DNA of 64,000 nucleotides from positions 5,607-69,606 of the forward strand of contig CAJXYP010000006.1 in the NCBI GenBank assembly GCA_913063225.1, in the 5' to 3' direction. The stretch is from an uncultured Cellvibrionales bacterium. GTDB lineage: Bacteria; Pseudomonadota; Gammaproteobacteria; Pseudomonadales; GM7GCV1. Made by a program: the position numbers and the translations under genes. Below are positions 29,848 through 38,092 of the stretch, piece by piece. The stretch's first letter is position 1; each line of letters opens with the position of its first letter. The notes below the pieces were generated by a model, which searched no databases, was not told where the DNA came from, and saw only the letters and a list, made by a program, of their open reading frames with translations.

Positions 29848-30885
29848 TTGGCATTGATAGTGAAACTGAAGGTGGAATTGAAAGTGGAGTTGCAGCCCTT
29901 AAAGCGTCAGTTAGTAAATATCCTTTATCGCAGTACCCTTTTTTCTCTGCTGATCTGTGTGCACTCCTTTGCCAGTGCGCAGTCAAACCAGTCGCCCTTG
30001 ATTTTTGCCAATACCAGTGACGATATTTTACTGGTTGGCGTTGTGCGTGCATTCGACTTTAATTCACCTGCGACAACAATCGAACTTGAGGTAGAAGGCT
30101 CTGGCGGACAATCCAGTATTTGGCGAGTGATTACTTCGTCCGCCACAGAATTGCGTCGATATGGCTGGACCAGCCAATCTTTGTTCGCGGGAGAACTTAT
30201 CCAGGTTAGTGGTACACCTGTCCCGAGAAGCCGCTTGGCGCTTCAACTAGATGGACTAGTGCGGGCCAATGGAGAGTCCTTGTTACCCGAGCGTGAATCC
30301 GTTTTTGACAACCTTGTGAGCGGTTCATATCAGCCTATTTCGTCGCAAGGTTCTATTCAGCTAAGCTTTGATCACTACGGCTTTTCCAGAACCACTTTTT
30401 ACGTTAATAACTTTGACGCAAGCCTAATACTAGATGCGGATGAGTTAAACCAAAGTAGTTTTCAATTGGATTTGTTAACGGAAGAACTAGATAGCAGCTC
30501 AGCGGAACTGACCCGACTGCTTAAGAGCGGAGTCTTTTTTGATGCCTCAAATTTTCCGTTAATCTCTATTCAAGCGAATACCATACAACAGCTAGATGAT
30601 AAAAAGCTGTTAGTTCTAGCAGGTATTAGTATCAAAGGCATCAGTCACCCTGCTCAATTTGAAATAACGCTTAACGCTAGCGATGTGCATCCGGAATCTG
30701 GCACTCAGGCCATCGGCTTTTCCGGCAGTGGGCGGTTACTGCGATCCAATTGGGGATTTCTAGATTTTATTCCTGAAGTTAGTGATCAAATACGGATTGA
30801 ATTTCAAATGGAATTTGGACTAGCTCCTGAATCGCCGTTCTCAAATCCTTTTGTGGGTCCAGAATATCCGTATAACCAGCCGTAG
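29848..30885 (+). CDS. secreted two-domain protein: N-terminal DUF6152-like beta-sandwich (tentative) plus C-terminal YceI-like polyisoprenoid-binding domain
   Basis: Signal peptide ..LLICVHSFASA/QS. The C-terminal half has a YceI-type pattern (SGSYQPI..SIQLSFDH, FFDASNFPLISIQA, GISIKGISHPAQFEITL, RLLRSNWGF). The start is uncertain: GTG at 29884 has AAGGTGGA upstream. Confidence 0.7.
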   Translation: MALIVKLKVELKVELQPLKRQLVNILYRSTLFSLLICVHSFASAQSNQSPLIFANTSDDILLVGVVRAFDFNSPATTIELEVEGSGGQSSIWRVITSSATELRRYGWTSQSLFAGELIQVSGTPVPRSRLALQLDGLVRANGESLLPERESVFDNLVSGSYQPISSQGSIQLSFDHYGFSRTTFYVNNFDASLILDADELNQSSFQLDLLTEELDSSSAELTRLLKSGVFFDASNFPLISIQANTIQQLDDKKLLVLAGISIKGISHPAQFEITLNASDVHPESGTQAIGFSGSGRLLRSNWGFLDFIPEVSDQIRIEFQMEFGLAPESPFSNPFVGPEYPYNQP

Positions 30886-32045
30886 CGGTTAGCAATAATA
30901 GACTCAGCGCCCTGCCCCAACGAAGCCAAGGCCTTGAATGACAACCTGTCTTTGATACCTGAGGATTGGTGAAAGAAATTCAAATTGCCTTGAGCTACTT
31001 TCTGAACTTTACGGCAGCGAGAAATGCGTCTTTGCTCGTATTGCTGAAGTGCTTTTGGCGTATTGTTCTCGGAATGTAAAGCATGGGCAAGCTCTTCAGC
31101 ATCTTCCATCGCCATTACCGCGCCTTGGGCTAAACTAGGCAGCATTGCATGAGCTGCATCGCCTAGTAACGTCGCGCAACCCTGGCTCCAGCTAGACAGT
31201 ACAGGCCTCTCATAGAGCCCCCATTTAAGCGCATTCCCGGCAAGGGCGATTGTTGCCCTTACCTCGGGGCACCAGCTGCTAAATGCCTCAGATAGTCCAT
31301 CAGCAGAGCTATTGCCATGCCATTGTTCAGCTTCCTCTACATCGGTTTCTACGCAGGCCACTAAATTTAGTGCATCGCCAGCAGAGACTGGGTATTGCAC
31401 AAGATGGCGGCCCGGGCCAACCCATACTTTTGGCACTTGCCAGTTGACTGACTCAACCAACTTTGAAAGGGGGACAACCGCCCGCCAGGCAATATTGCCC
31501 GTATATTCTGCCGTACCATCTTCAAATAGAAGCTCTCTTGTACGCGAATGAATCCCGTCACAGCCCACTAGGGCTCGACCTTTGATTTGCTCACCAGAGT
31601 TGATGGTTACACTCAGGCTTTTATCATCCTGGTGAATTTCTTTTAGCTCTGAACCCAACCTTAGACAATTGGGTATCCGCTGCTTAACTGCCTCTACTAA
31701 TACGCGCTGCAGATCACCCCGATGAATTTGGTAATAGGGCAATTGGTAGCGCTTAAGAGAAGATTCGTTGAGCGGATAGGAGCAAATAGCTCGACCCGTT
31801 TGCCCATCCATCATCTGTCCTCGTGAAGGAGAGCTAGCGTATCGTTGTATAGCTTCCTGCAGACCAAGCTGGTGGATAATTCGACTGCCGTTTGCGCCGA
31901 TCTGAATACCCGCACCTACGTCAGCGAGTTCATCAGACTTTTCCAGGAGGATAGATTCAATACCGACGCGCTCTAGGCAAAGAGCTGCAAACAAGCCGCC
32001 AATACCGGCGCCAACTAGAATTACTGGTCCAGTGGAATCTGTCAT
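30804..32045 (-). CDS. FAD-dependent aromatic-ring monooxygenase (salicylate/3-hydroxybenzoate hydroxylase-like)
   Basis: VILVGAGIGGLFAALCL (GxGxxG), DGIHSRTR and LLGDAAHAMLPSLAQGAVMAMEDA motifs. The 3' end overlaps the convergent YceI-fusion gene by 82 nt. Confidence 0.85.
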   Translation of the reverse strand: MTDSTGPVILVGAGIGGLFAALCLERVGIESILLEKSDELADVGAGIQIGANGSRIIHQLGLQEAIQRYASSPSRGQMMDGQTGRAICSYPLNESSLKRYQLPYYQIHRGDLQRVLVEAVKQRIPNCLRLGSELKEIHQDDKSLSVTINSGEQIKGRALVGCDGIHSRTRELLFEDGTAEYTGNIAWRAVVPLSKLVESVNWQVPKVWVGPGRHLVQYPVSAGDALNLVACVETDVEEAEQWHGNSSADGLSEAFSSWCPEVRATIALAGNALKWGLYERPVLSSWSQGCATLLGDAAHAMLPSLAQGAVMAMEDAEELAHALHSENNTPKALQQYEQRRISRCRKVQKVAQGNLNFFHQSSGIKDRLSFKALASLGQGAESIIANRYGWLYGYSGPTKGFENGDSGASPNSI

Positions 32046-32114
32046 GAGACCTTAGAAGTAAACTCCAAAAGAAAGGAGTCTATAGCATTGGCCGAGTCAG
32101 TTTAAGCGGCCGAT

Positions 32115-32750
32115 TTAAGCAGCAGTGTGCAAGCCGCACTCGCGGCCGGACTCTACTTTAGTGGGGTCGAAGTAGTGACGGCACGACGGGAGGTCATGCT
32201 TAGTTAAATAGGTGGCCAAATCTTCATCAGTCCATCGGAATATAGGTGCGACCTTTACTATGTCGCGGCCGTCGACCGACAGAACATCCAAGTTTCGACG
32301 AAAATCAGTATCACCCTGACGAATACCGGATATCCATAGTTTTGGAGCCAAGCTGGCTAGTGCTTTCTCAAAAGGATCCAACTTCACAATGCGCGTAAAT
32401 TCAGCGTGCTTTTCTGGTTCATCTAACGTCGGTATTCCACCCATCAATACATTCAGTCGCTCGCTAGTGACCGTCGGAGTGTATATTTTCATATTCAGCC
32501 TCAGACGTTCCATAATCTCTTCCGCTACAACATAGGTATCTCTCATGTTGTAACCAGAATCTACCCAGATAATGGGAAGATCAGGCGCTACCTGACTTAT
32601 CAAATGTAGCATTGCCGCTGAGTTTGGTCCAAAGCTGGTAGAGGCAATCATGGGCTCGCCTGTTTCCACCGCCCAGCGGATAATAGCTTCAGGCGATAGC
32701 GATTGAAGCTTTTGGTTTAACTCTGGTATCGACTCTGCGATATTTTGCAA
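32115..32750 (-). CDS. cysH: phosphoadenosine phosphosulfate (PAPS) reductase family protein
   Basis: 211 aa with a PP-loop-like STSFGPNSAAML and a C-terminal ECGLH motif. TTG start. Confidence 0.75.
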   Translation of the reverse strand: MQNIAESIPELNQKLQSLSPEAIIRWAVETGEPMIASTSFGPNSAAMLHLISQVAPDLPIIWVDSGYNMRDTYVVAEEIMERLRLNMKIYTPTVTSERLNVLMGGIPTLDEPEKHAEFTRIVKLDPFEKALASLAPKLWISGIRQGDTDFRRNLDVLSVDGRDIVKVAPIFRWTDEDLATYLTKHDLPSCRHYFDPTKVESGRECGLHTAA

Positions 32751-32893
32751 AATTGCGAATCTCGGGCATTTATTACATTGGCGCGCACTATAAAGCGCCG
32801 TACTTATAATTAGAAATACTAAAAACTACTAAAACTAGATCATAAAGTTGTTAGCAGCGGCTCAACTAGCTTGAAGTTAAATTCTACAGACAC

Positions 32894-32922
32894 CTTGAAA
32901 ACAGAACCAATACCTCCAAAAT
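32894..32922 (+). promoter_or_regulatory. candidate sigma-32 (heat-shock) promoter of htpX
   Basis: CTTGAAA (32894-32900), then 12-13 nt, then CCTCCAAAAT. Compare the consensus CTTGAAA-N13-14-CCCCATNT. Located ~30 nt upstream of the htpX start. Confidence 0.35.
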
Positions 32923-32951
32923 GGTTAGAAATACTTTGTTAATCGAGTTTT

Positions 32952-33846
32952 TTGGTGTTCCGAATTTTCCTTTTTCTGCTTACTAACCTCGCTGTATTAG
33001 TCGTTGCCGGAATTGTCCTAAGCCTTCTTGGCGTTAGCTCTTATCTCGAACAAGGTGGCACAGACCTAAATTTACAGGCACTGCTTATTTTTTGCGGAGT
33101 CTTTGGCTTTTCCAGCTCTTTGATCTCTCTCCTAATTTCAAAATGGATGGCCAAACGATCTACTAAAGCGAGGGTTATCACCGAACCCTCCACCCCCGAA
33201 GAACGATGGCTGTTGGAAACCGTTACTGAACTTGCTCAACAAGCCAGAATTGGAATGCTTGAAGTTGCCATATTTCCTGCCCAACAATCCAACGCCTTTG
33301 CTACCGGTTGGAATAAAAATAAGGCACTGGTAGCGGTGAGTGAAGGTTTAATGCAGCGCTTCAAAAAAATGAAGTGCGGGCAGTGCTAGCGCATGAAATT
33401 GGCCATGTCGCCAACGGCGACATGATTACCCTCGCACTCTTACAGGGCGTGGTGAATACCTTTGTAATGTTTTTGCCCGGATAATTGGACACACAGTAGA
33501 TCGGGTTATATTCAAGACTGAGCGCGGTCACGGTATCGGCTTTTGGATTACCACAATAATTGCAGAAATTGTTCTGGGTATTCTGGCGTCCATGATAGTT
33601 TTTTGGTTTTCTCGCCGCAGGGAGTTTCGGGCAGATGTCGCAGGTGCTAATTTGGCTGGCAGAGAGTCAATGATAAGCGCTCTTCAGAGACTACAATCGG
33701 AGGTGCGGGCGCAGGTACCGAATCAAATGCCTGATACCCTCACGGCCTTTGCTATATCGCCGGGCTTTGGTAAAAAGGTTGGTAGAGCTTTTATGACGCA
33801 TCCACCTCTGGAAGAGCGCATTCAAGCGCTTCGATCCAGCTTTTAA
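32952..33846 (+). pseudogene. htpX: zinc metalloprotease HtpX, interrupted by two single-base frameshifts
   Basis: Three co-linear pieces match E. coli HtpX. Frame 0 runs to 33389, frame 2 covers 33371-33480 and carries HEIGH (33392-33406), and frame 1 runs from ~33475 to 33846. The junctions lie at an A7 run (33363-33369) and a T5 run (33470-33474). Confidence 0.9.
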
Positions 33847-33973
33847 GGACTTAGATCACACTTTTAGTCTAAATATGTGAGATAAACTGCACAAAGTCGC
33901 GTTTTCTGGGGTTTTTACTTAGGTTGAATACAAGGAGTTACTCGACAATTGTTAAGCGTCCAGGAGGACATTA

Positions 33974-34885
33974 ATGAATCTTACAGATTTTACCGATATG
34001 GTCGAACACAATAGCCCCGCATTGAAGCAGGTAATCGACCTGCTTCCGGCACCTATATACTTGAAAGATACTCAGGGTCGGTACCTCAACTGTAACAATG
34101 CTTTTGCCGAGCTCTGGAACCGGACGCCAAATGAAATTATTGGCCACCGGCTGATAGATCTTTCGGAGCACGTATTGGCAACCGAGCTGCACCATCGGGA
34201 TCTTGCCCTGTTAGACAATTTGGGCAGTCGTATTGAAGATTTTGACGCGACCGCGCTCGTCGACCGACATTGCATTTTGCATGTTCACGCCTGCGCTACC
34301 CTAGACGAGAATGGCAATCCCACAGGCATAGTTGGCATTGCCTTTGATATCACCGCTCGGGTAAATGTCGAGCAAGAATTGGAAGCACTCTCCCAAATCG
34401 ATGAATTAACCCAAATTCCAAATCGTCGACACGGTATGGCTAGCCTTGAAACACTCATAAGTCATTCTGGGCGCCACAAGTTTGAGTTTACTTTGTTAAT
34501 TTTGGATATTGATCTGTTCAAATCCGTAAACGATGAGCATGGACATAAAGCGGGAGACGAAATACTCATACAAATTGCGGCATTGCTCTCTGAAGTCGCT
34601 CGAGTCTCAGACACTGTGTTTCGCTATGGTGGTGAGGAGTTTGTAGTTATATTACCGAACACCAATCCAGAAGGCGGAATAGCTCTAGCAGAGCGGTTTA
34701 GAACTTCGGTGGAACAAACTAAATTTGATATTGGCGAGTATTCACAGATAAATCTGTCTACCAGTGTCGGCGTGGCCTTTTACCCGGAACACGGAGCCAC
34801 TATGGGTAAACTTTTCTTAGCTGCAGACCAAGCGCTCTATCGCGCAAAAAACAATGGCCGCAATCGCCTTGAACCTGCAATATAG
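33974..34885 (+). CDS. PAS-GGDEF diguanylate cyclase
   Basis: 303 aa with an N-terminal PAS-like region (YLKDTQGRYLNCNNAFAELW) and a C-terminal GGDEF domain (RYGGEEFVVILPNT, YRAKNNGRN). Confidence 0.88.
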   Translation: MNLTDFTDMVEHNSPALKQVIDLLPAPIYLKDTQGRYLNCNNAFAELWNRTPNEIIGHRLIDLSEHVLATELHHRDLALLDNLGSRIEDFDATALVDRHCILHVHACATLDENGNPTGIVGIAFDITARVNVEQELEALSQIDELTQIPNRRHGMASLETLISHSGRHKFEFTLLILDIDLFKSVNDEHGHKAGDEILIQIAALLSEVARVSDTVFRYGGEEFVVILPNTNPEGGIALAERFRTSVEQTKFDIGEYSQINLSTSVGVAFYPEHGATMGKLFLAADQALYRAKNNGRNRLEPAI

Positions 34886-34939
34886 TCCCACTTCCAAGTT
34901 TTTGAATTCTGAGAACTGAATAGAGAGCTGAGTAAAGAG

Positions 34940-35320
34940 TTGAGTAAAGAGCTAAGCAACGAAGAGAACCAAGAGCCTAACCAGGCAATCTGTAATACTT
35001 CTGATCTAAACGAAAATGGAGCTCGCGAATTTGAGCTCGACGGCCAGAGTATTATCATCATCAACTGGCTTGGAAATTGGCACGCCTATGTAAACAACTG
35101 CCCACATGCGAATTGGCCTCTAAATATTCAACCGGATGTGTTTTTTGATTCAGAGAATCAGTTCCTACAGTGCAGCAATCATATGGCGCTTTTTGATATT
35201 GAGACGGGCGAATGCAAAGCTGGCCCTTGCGTTGGCGACCGCTTAACTAAGGTAGCGCTAGAGGTTAAGAACAGCCAAATATTTGCAGTATTACCACCAG
35301 TAAAAGACCTCCAAAGCTAA
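34940..35320 (+). CDS. Rieske [2Fe-2S] domain protein
   Basis: CPH (CPHANWPL) and CSNH..C..GPC ligand motifs. The start is uncertain: TTG at 34940, or CTG at 34916/34928 inside a 12-bp repeat. Confidence 0.75.
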   Translation: MSKELSNEENQEPNQAICNTSDLNENGAREFELDGQSIIIINWLGNWHAYVNNCPHANWPLNIQPDVFFDSENQFLQCSNHMALFDIETGECKAGPCVGDRLTKVALEVKNSQIFAVLPPVKDLQS

Positions 35321-35330
35321 GCTACGCCCG

Positions 35331-36477
35331 TTAACTAATACCTTGTTTTTTCATCGCGCGCCAAAGTGTCATGCGACTAACGCCTAAACTCAAAGCAGTA
35401 CGGACACGACTTCCTTCATGCGAAGCCAAAGCCGCTAGTAGCTCTTCTTGGGACATTTCGGAAACGCCCTTATTGGAGTCATTTTTACGCCTAGATGGTC
35501 GCTGATCGCGAGCTCGACGAGAGAAATCAGAAGCGCGACGCCCATGACCAACTCCCTGATCCCCTGCCCGCTTTGAATTTTCGTCAGATTTGTCCGCATA
35601 ACGCCCAACGTCGGCGGGCAAGTCGGAAATTTCAATTTTTATACCATCACTCATAGCCATGGCATACAGAGCGGAATTCTGAAGTTGACGAATATTCCCT
35701 GGCCAATCGCACTTGGTTAATGCCTCAATAGCCTCAGCGGATATCACTACCTGATAAGGGCTCTTGATTGCCCTATTGCCGTCCATTGCTGCGGCTCCTT
35801 TTGTAATGCCCACTGCAGCACTCTTTGTGTCGCTAAGAAACTTTCGAAATAGAGGTAATATATCGCTGGACCGCTCTCGTAACGGCGGCAAATGGATATT
35901 GATTACTTCTAACCGGTAGCGAAGATCTGCTCTAAAAGTTCCATCTCGCACAGCTTGCTCTAGGGGAAGTTGAGATGCAGATAGAACCTGTTCCCGAAAG
36001 GGTATTGGATGAACGGAACCAATTTCGGAATACTCTCGTTCCTGCAAGACTCTCAGCAACTTGGCTTGCAAGCTAATATCCATGGTCGTTACTTCGTCCA
36101 TAAATAGTGTTCCATCATCAACCGCACCTAGCAATCCAGCCTGATCAGAAATGGCGCCTGTAAAGGAACCCTTTCGATGCCCAAATAATTGAGAGTCCAT
36201 CAAAGAATCGGAAAAATTTGCACAGTTATAGGAAAGAAAAGGCGAGGTTTTTCGTCCACTTTCTTCATGTAAAGCCCGAGCTGTTAACTCCTTACCAGTG
36301 CCAGTCTCTCCCCAAATATAGACCGGTACGTTTGCGGTTGCCGCTTTTTTTCAACCACTCGAGGATCTCCAACATAAGTGGCGAACAGGTATGCATCCCC
36401 CTAAAACTGACTAGGGCATCAGCGCTCCGAATTTCAGGAATTTTATTTTGTGGCATATCGGTAATACATTTAGTCAC
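35331..36477 (-). pseudogene. sigma-54-dependent transcriptional activator (PspF-like, no receiver/sensor domain), frameshifted
   Basis: ORF 35331..36203 carries the GAFTGA-type loop (GSFTGA), Walker B (LFMDEV) and a C-terminal HTH. The Walker A box (GETGTGKE) is only readable by shifting frame in the A7 run (T7 on the plus strand, 36345-36351), which joins it to ORF 36292..36477. Confidence 0.85.
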
Positions 36478-36518
36478 TAGTATATGACTAGAAACTAGCC
36501 AAACTTAATAAATCGCCT

Positions 36519-36533
36519 GCGACAATTTGTCGC
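36519..36533. promoter_or_regulatory. perfect palindrome GCGACAA-T-TTGTCGC upstream of the sigma-54 activator gene (possible operator)
   Basis: 7-1-7 inverted repeat located 42-56 nt upstream of the 36477 start. It is not followed by a T-tract on either strand. Confidence 0.3.
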
Positions 36534-36680
36534 AATTCGATTAGTTATCGACCACTTCCGGGAATACTCGAGGCCAAAGGAAGTCAGTCTGGGGAAATCT
36601 TAAAATTGAGAATGGGAAGCCCATAGTTTCTAGCGGGCCTATCATCCCGATCACTAGCAGAGCGATGCCTGTTCAAGGCT

Positions 36681-37349
36681 CTAAACTTTAGCGAGCTCCG
36701 CGCGCATAGAATCGATTACGGTAGCATAATTCGACTTTCCAAATATCGCCGATCCTGCGACAAAGGCATCTGCACCAGCGGCGGCGATTTCAGCAATATT
36801 GTCGGTGGTTACGCCACCATCGATCTCTAGCCGAATATCCTTGCCCGATTGATCAATCAGAGCACGGGCTTGGAGCAATTTATCGAGAGTAGAAGGAATA
36901 AATTTCTGCCCTCCAAAGCCTGGGTTTACAGACATCAGCAGAATAATATCCACATAATCCAAAACTGGCTTTACAAGGTTCAAGCCAGTGCCCGGGTTTA
37001 GCACCAAGCCGGTTTTAACTCCCAAGCTTGTTGCCAGCTGCAAAGATCGATGCACGTGACGACTGGCTTCCGGGTGGAAGGTGATATTAGTGGCACCGGC
37101 ATCCGCAAACATTCGAATACATTCATCTACCGGCTCTACCATTAGGTGCACATCAATAGGAGCAGTTACGCCATGCTTGCGCAACGCGTCGCATATCATA
37201 GGGCCGATAGTCAGGTTAGGCACATAGTGATTGTCCATCACATCAAAATGAACCCAATCGGCGCCAGCCTCTAGGACGGCATCAACTTCTTCGCCTAATC
37301 GGGCAAAATTGGCAGATAGTATCGAGGGGGCAATTAAATATGGTCGCAT
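36681..37349 (-). CDS. rpe: ribulose-phosphate 3-epimerase
   Basis: 222 aa with [31 protein letters not shown] and [13 protein letters not shown]. Confidence 0.95.
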   Translation of the reverse strand: MRPYLIAPSILSANFARLGEEVDAVLEAGADWVHFDVMDNHYVPNLTIGPMICDALRKHGVTAPIDVHLMVEPVDECIRMFADAGATNITFHPEASRHVHRSLQLATSLGVKTGLVLNPGTGLNLVKPVLDYVDIILLMSVNPGFGGQKFIPSTLDKLLQARALIDQSGKDIRLEIDGGVTTDNIAEIAAAGADAFVAGSAIFGKSNYATVIDSMRAELAKV

Positions 37350-37390
37350 CTAATAATCCGTTTTACGTTGTCTGATAATAAATTTGCCAG

Positions 37391-38092
37391 CTATTCTACT
37401 TCAAGCCGGTCTCGAATTGCTTGCAGCCGCTCCATGCTGCCGACGTCCGTCCATATTCCCCGATGCACTAGTCCACCTAACTTATTACCTTCAATAGCAG
37501 TAAACAGAGGTTCTCTAAGCGGAAAAGTACGGCCTAGCTGCCAGGATGATATCCATTCCGGGTCCAGCAAGGCAATGCCAGAGTAGGTATAGGTCGGGGA
37601 ATTACCATCTGGCATACGAATGCTTGGAAATTGGGTATTCGACTCTGTCTTTTCCAAAACAAAATCCCCCGTCGGGTTGTGCACAGGATTGTCGACTAAA
37701 ACAAGTCTTGCAACATCGCCGTCGGGCAATGGATGAGATACGAGTTGCTGATAGTCAAAATCAGTCCAGGTATCCGCGCTAACCAAAATAAATGGGTCGC
37801 TTCCAATTAGGGGTAACGCCTTTTTAAGGCCGCCACCAGTTTCCAGCAGCGTTACTTCATGAGACCAATGAATCTTAACGCCAAGGCTAGATCCGTCTCC
37901 TAGTTCCTGTTGAAGCTTCTCCGCCAGCCAATGAGTATTGATTATAAATTCCGTTACGCCCGCTTGTTTGAGTTGCCCAATATGTCGAACGATTAGCGGT
38001 ACACCGGCAACCGTAATGAGAGGCTTTGGTATGGTGTCCGTCAGCGGGCGAAGGCGTTTACCCATGCCAGCTGCCAATAAAAAGGCTTTCAT
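37391..38092 (-). CDS. murU: N-acetylmuramate alpha-1-phosphate uridylyltransferase (nucleotidyltransferase family)
   Basis: MKAFLLAAGMGKRLRPLTDTIPKPL (G-x-G-x-R NTP-transferase motif). The ATG overlaps the amgK stop (TGATG). Position downstream of amgK and divergent from lptD, as in Pseudomonas. Confidence 0.8.
   Translation of the reverse strand: MKAFLLAAGMGKRLRPLTDTIPKPLITVAGVPLIVRHIGQLKQAGVTEFIINTHWLAEKLQQELGDGSSLGVKIHWSHEVTLLETGGGLKKALPLIGSDPFILVSADTWTDFDYQQLVSHPLPDGDVARLVLVDNPVHNPTGDFVLEKTESNTQFPSIRMPDGNSPTYTYSGIALLDPEWISSWQLGRTFPLREPLFTAIEGNKLGGLVHRGIWTDVGSMERLQAIRDRLEVE

Noticed and set aside
29859-29894. Imperfect 12-bp periodicity GTGAAACTGAAG / GTGGAATTGAAA / GTGGAGTTGCAG at the start of the YceI-fusion ORF
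   Set aside because: It probably lies upstream of the real start (GTG at 29884, with AAGGTGGA as RBS). It is short and degenerate.
34913-34965. 12-bp tandem repeat (GCTGAGTAAAGA / GTTGAGTAAAGA / GCTAAGCAACGA) at the 5' end of the Rieske gene
   Set aside because: The unit is a multiple of three and encodes a low-complexity (E/K)LSK N-terminal tail. It only makes the start codon ambiguous and gives no evidence of function.
35078-35092. Sigma-54-like TGGCACGCCTATGTA
   Set aside because: It lies inside the Rieske CDS, and the -12 element is TGTA rather than TTGC. Other TGGCAC occurrences (e.g. 2804, 31434) also lack a correctly spaced GC element.
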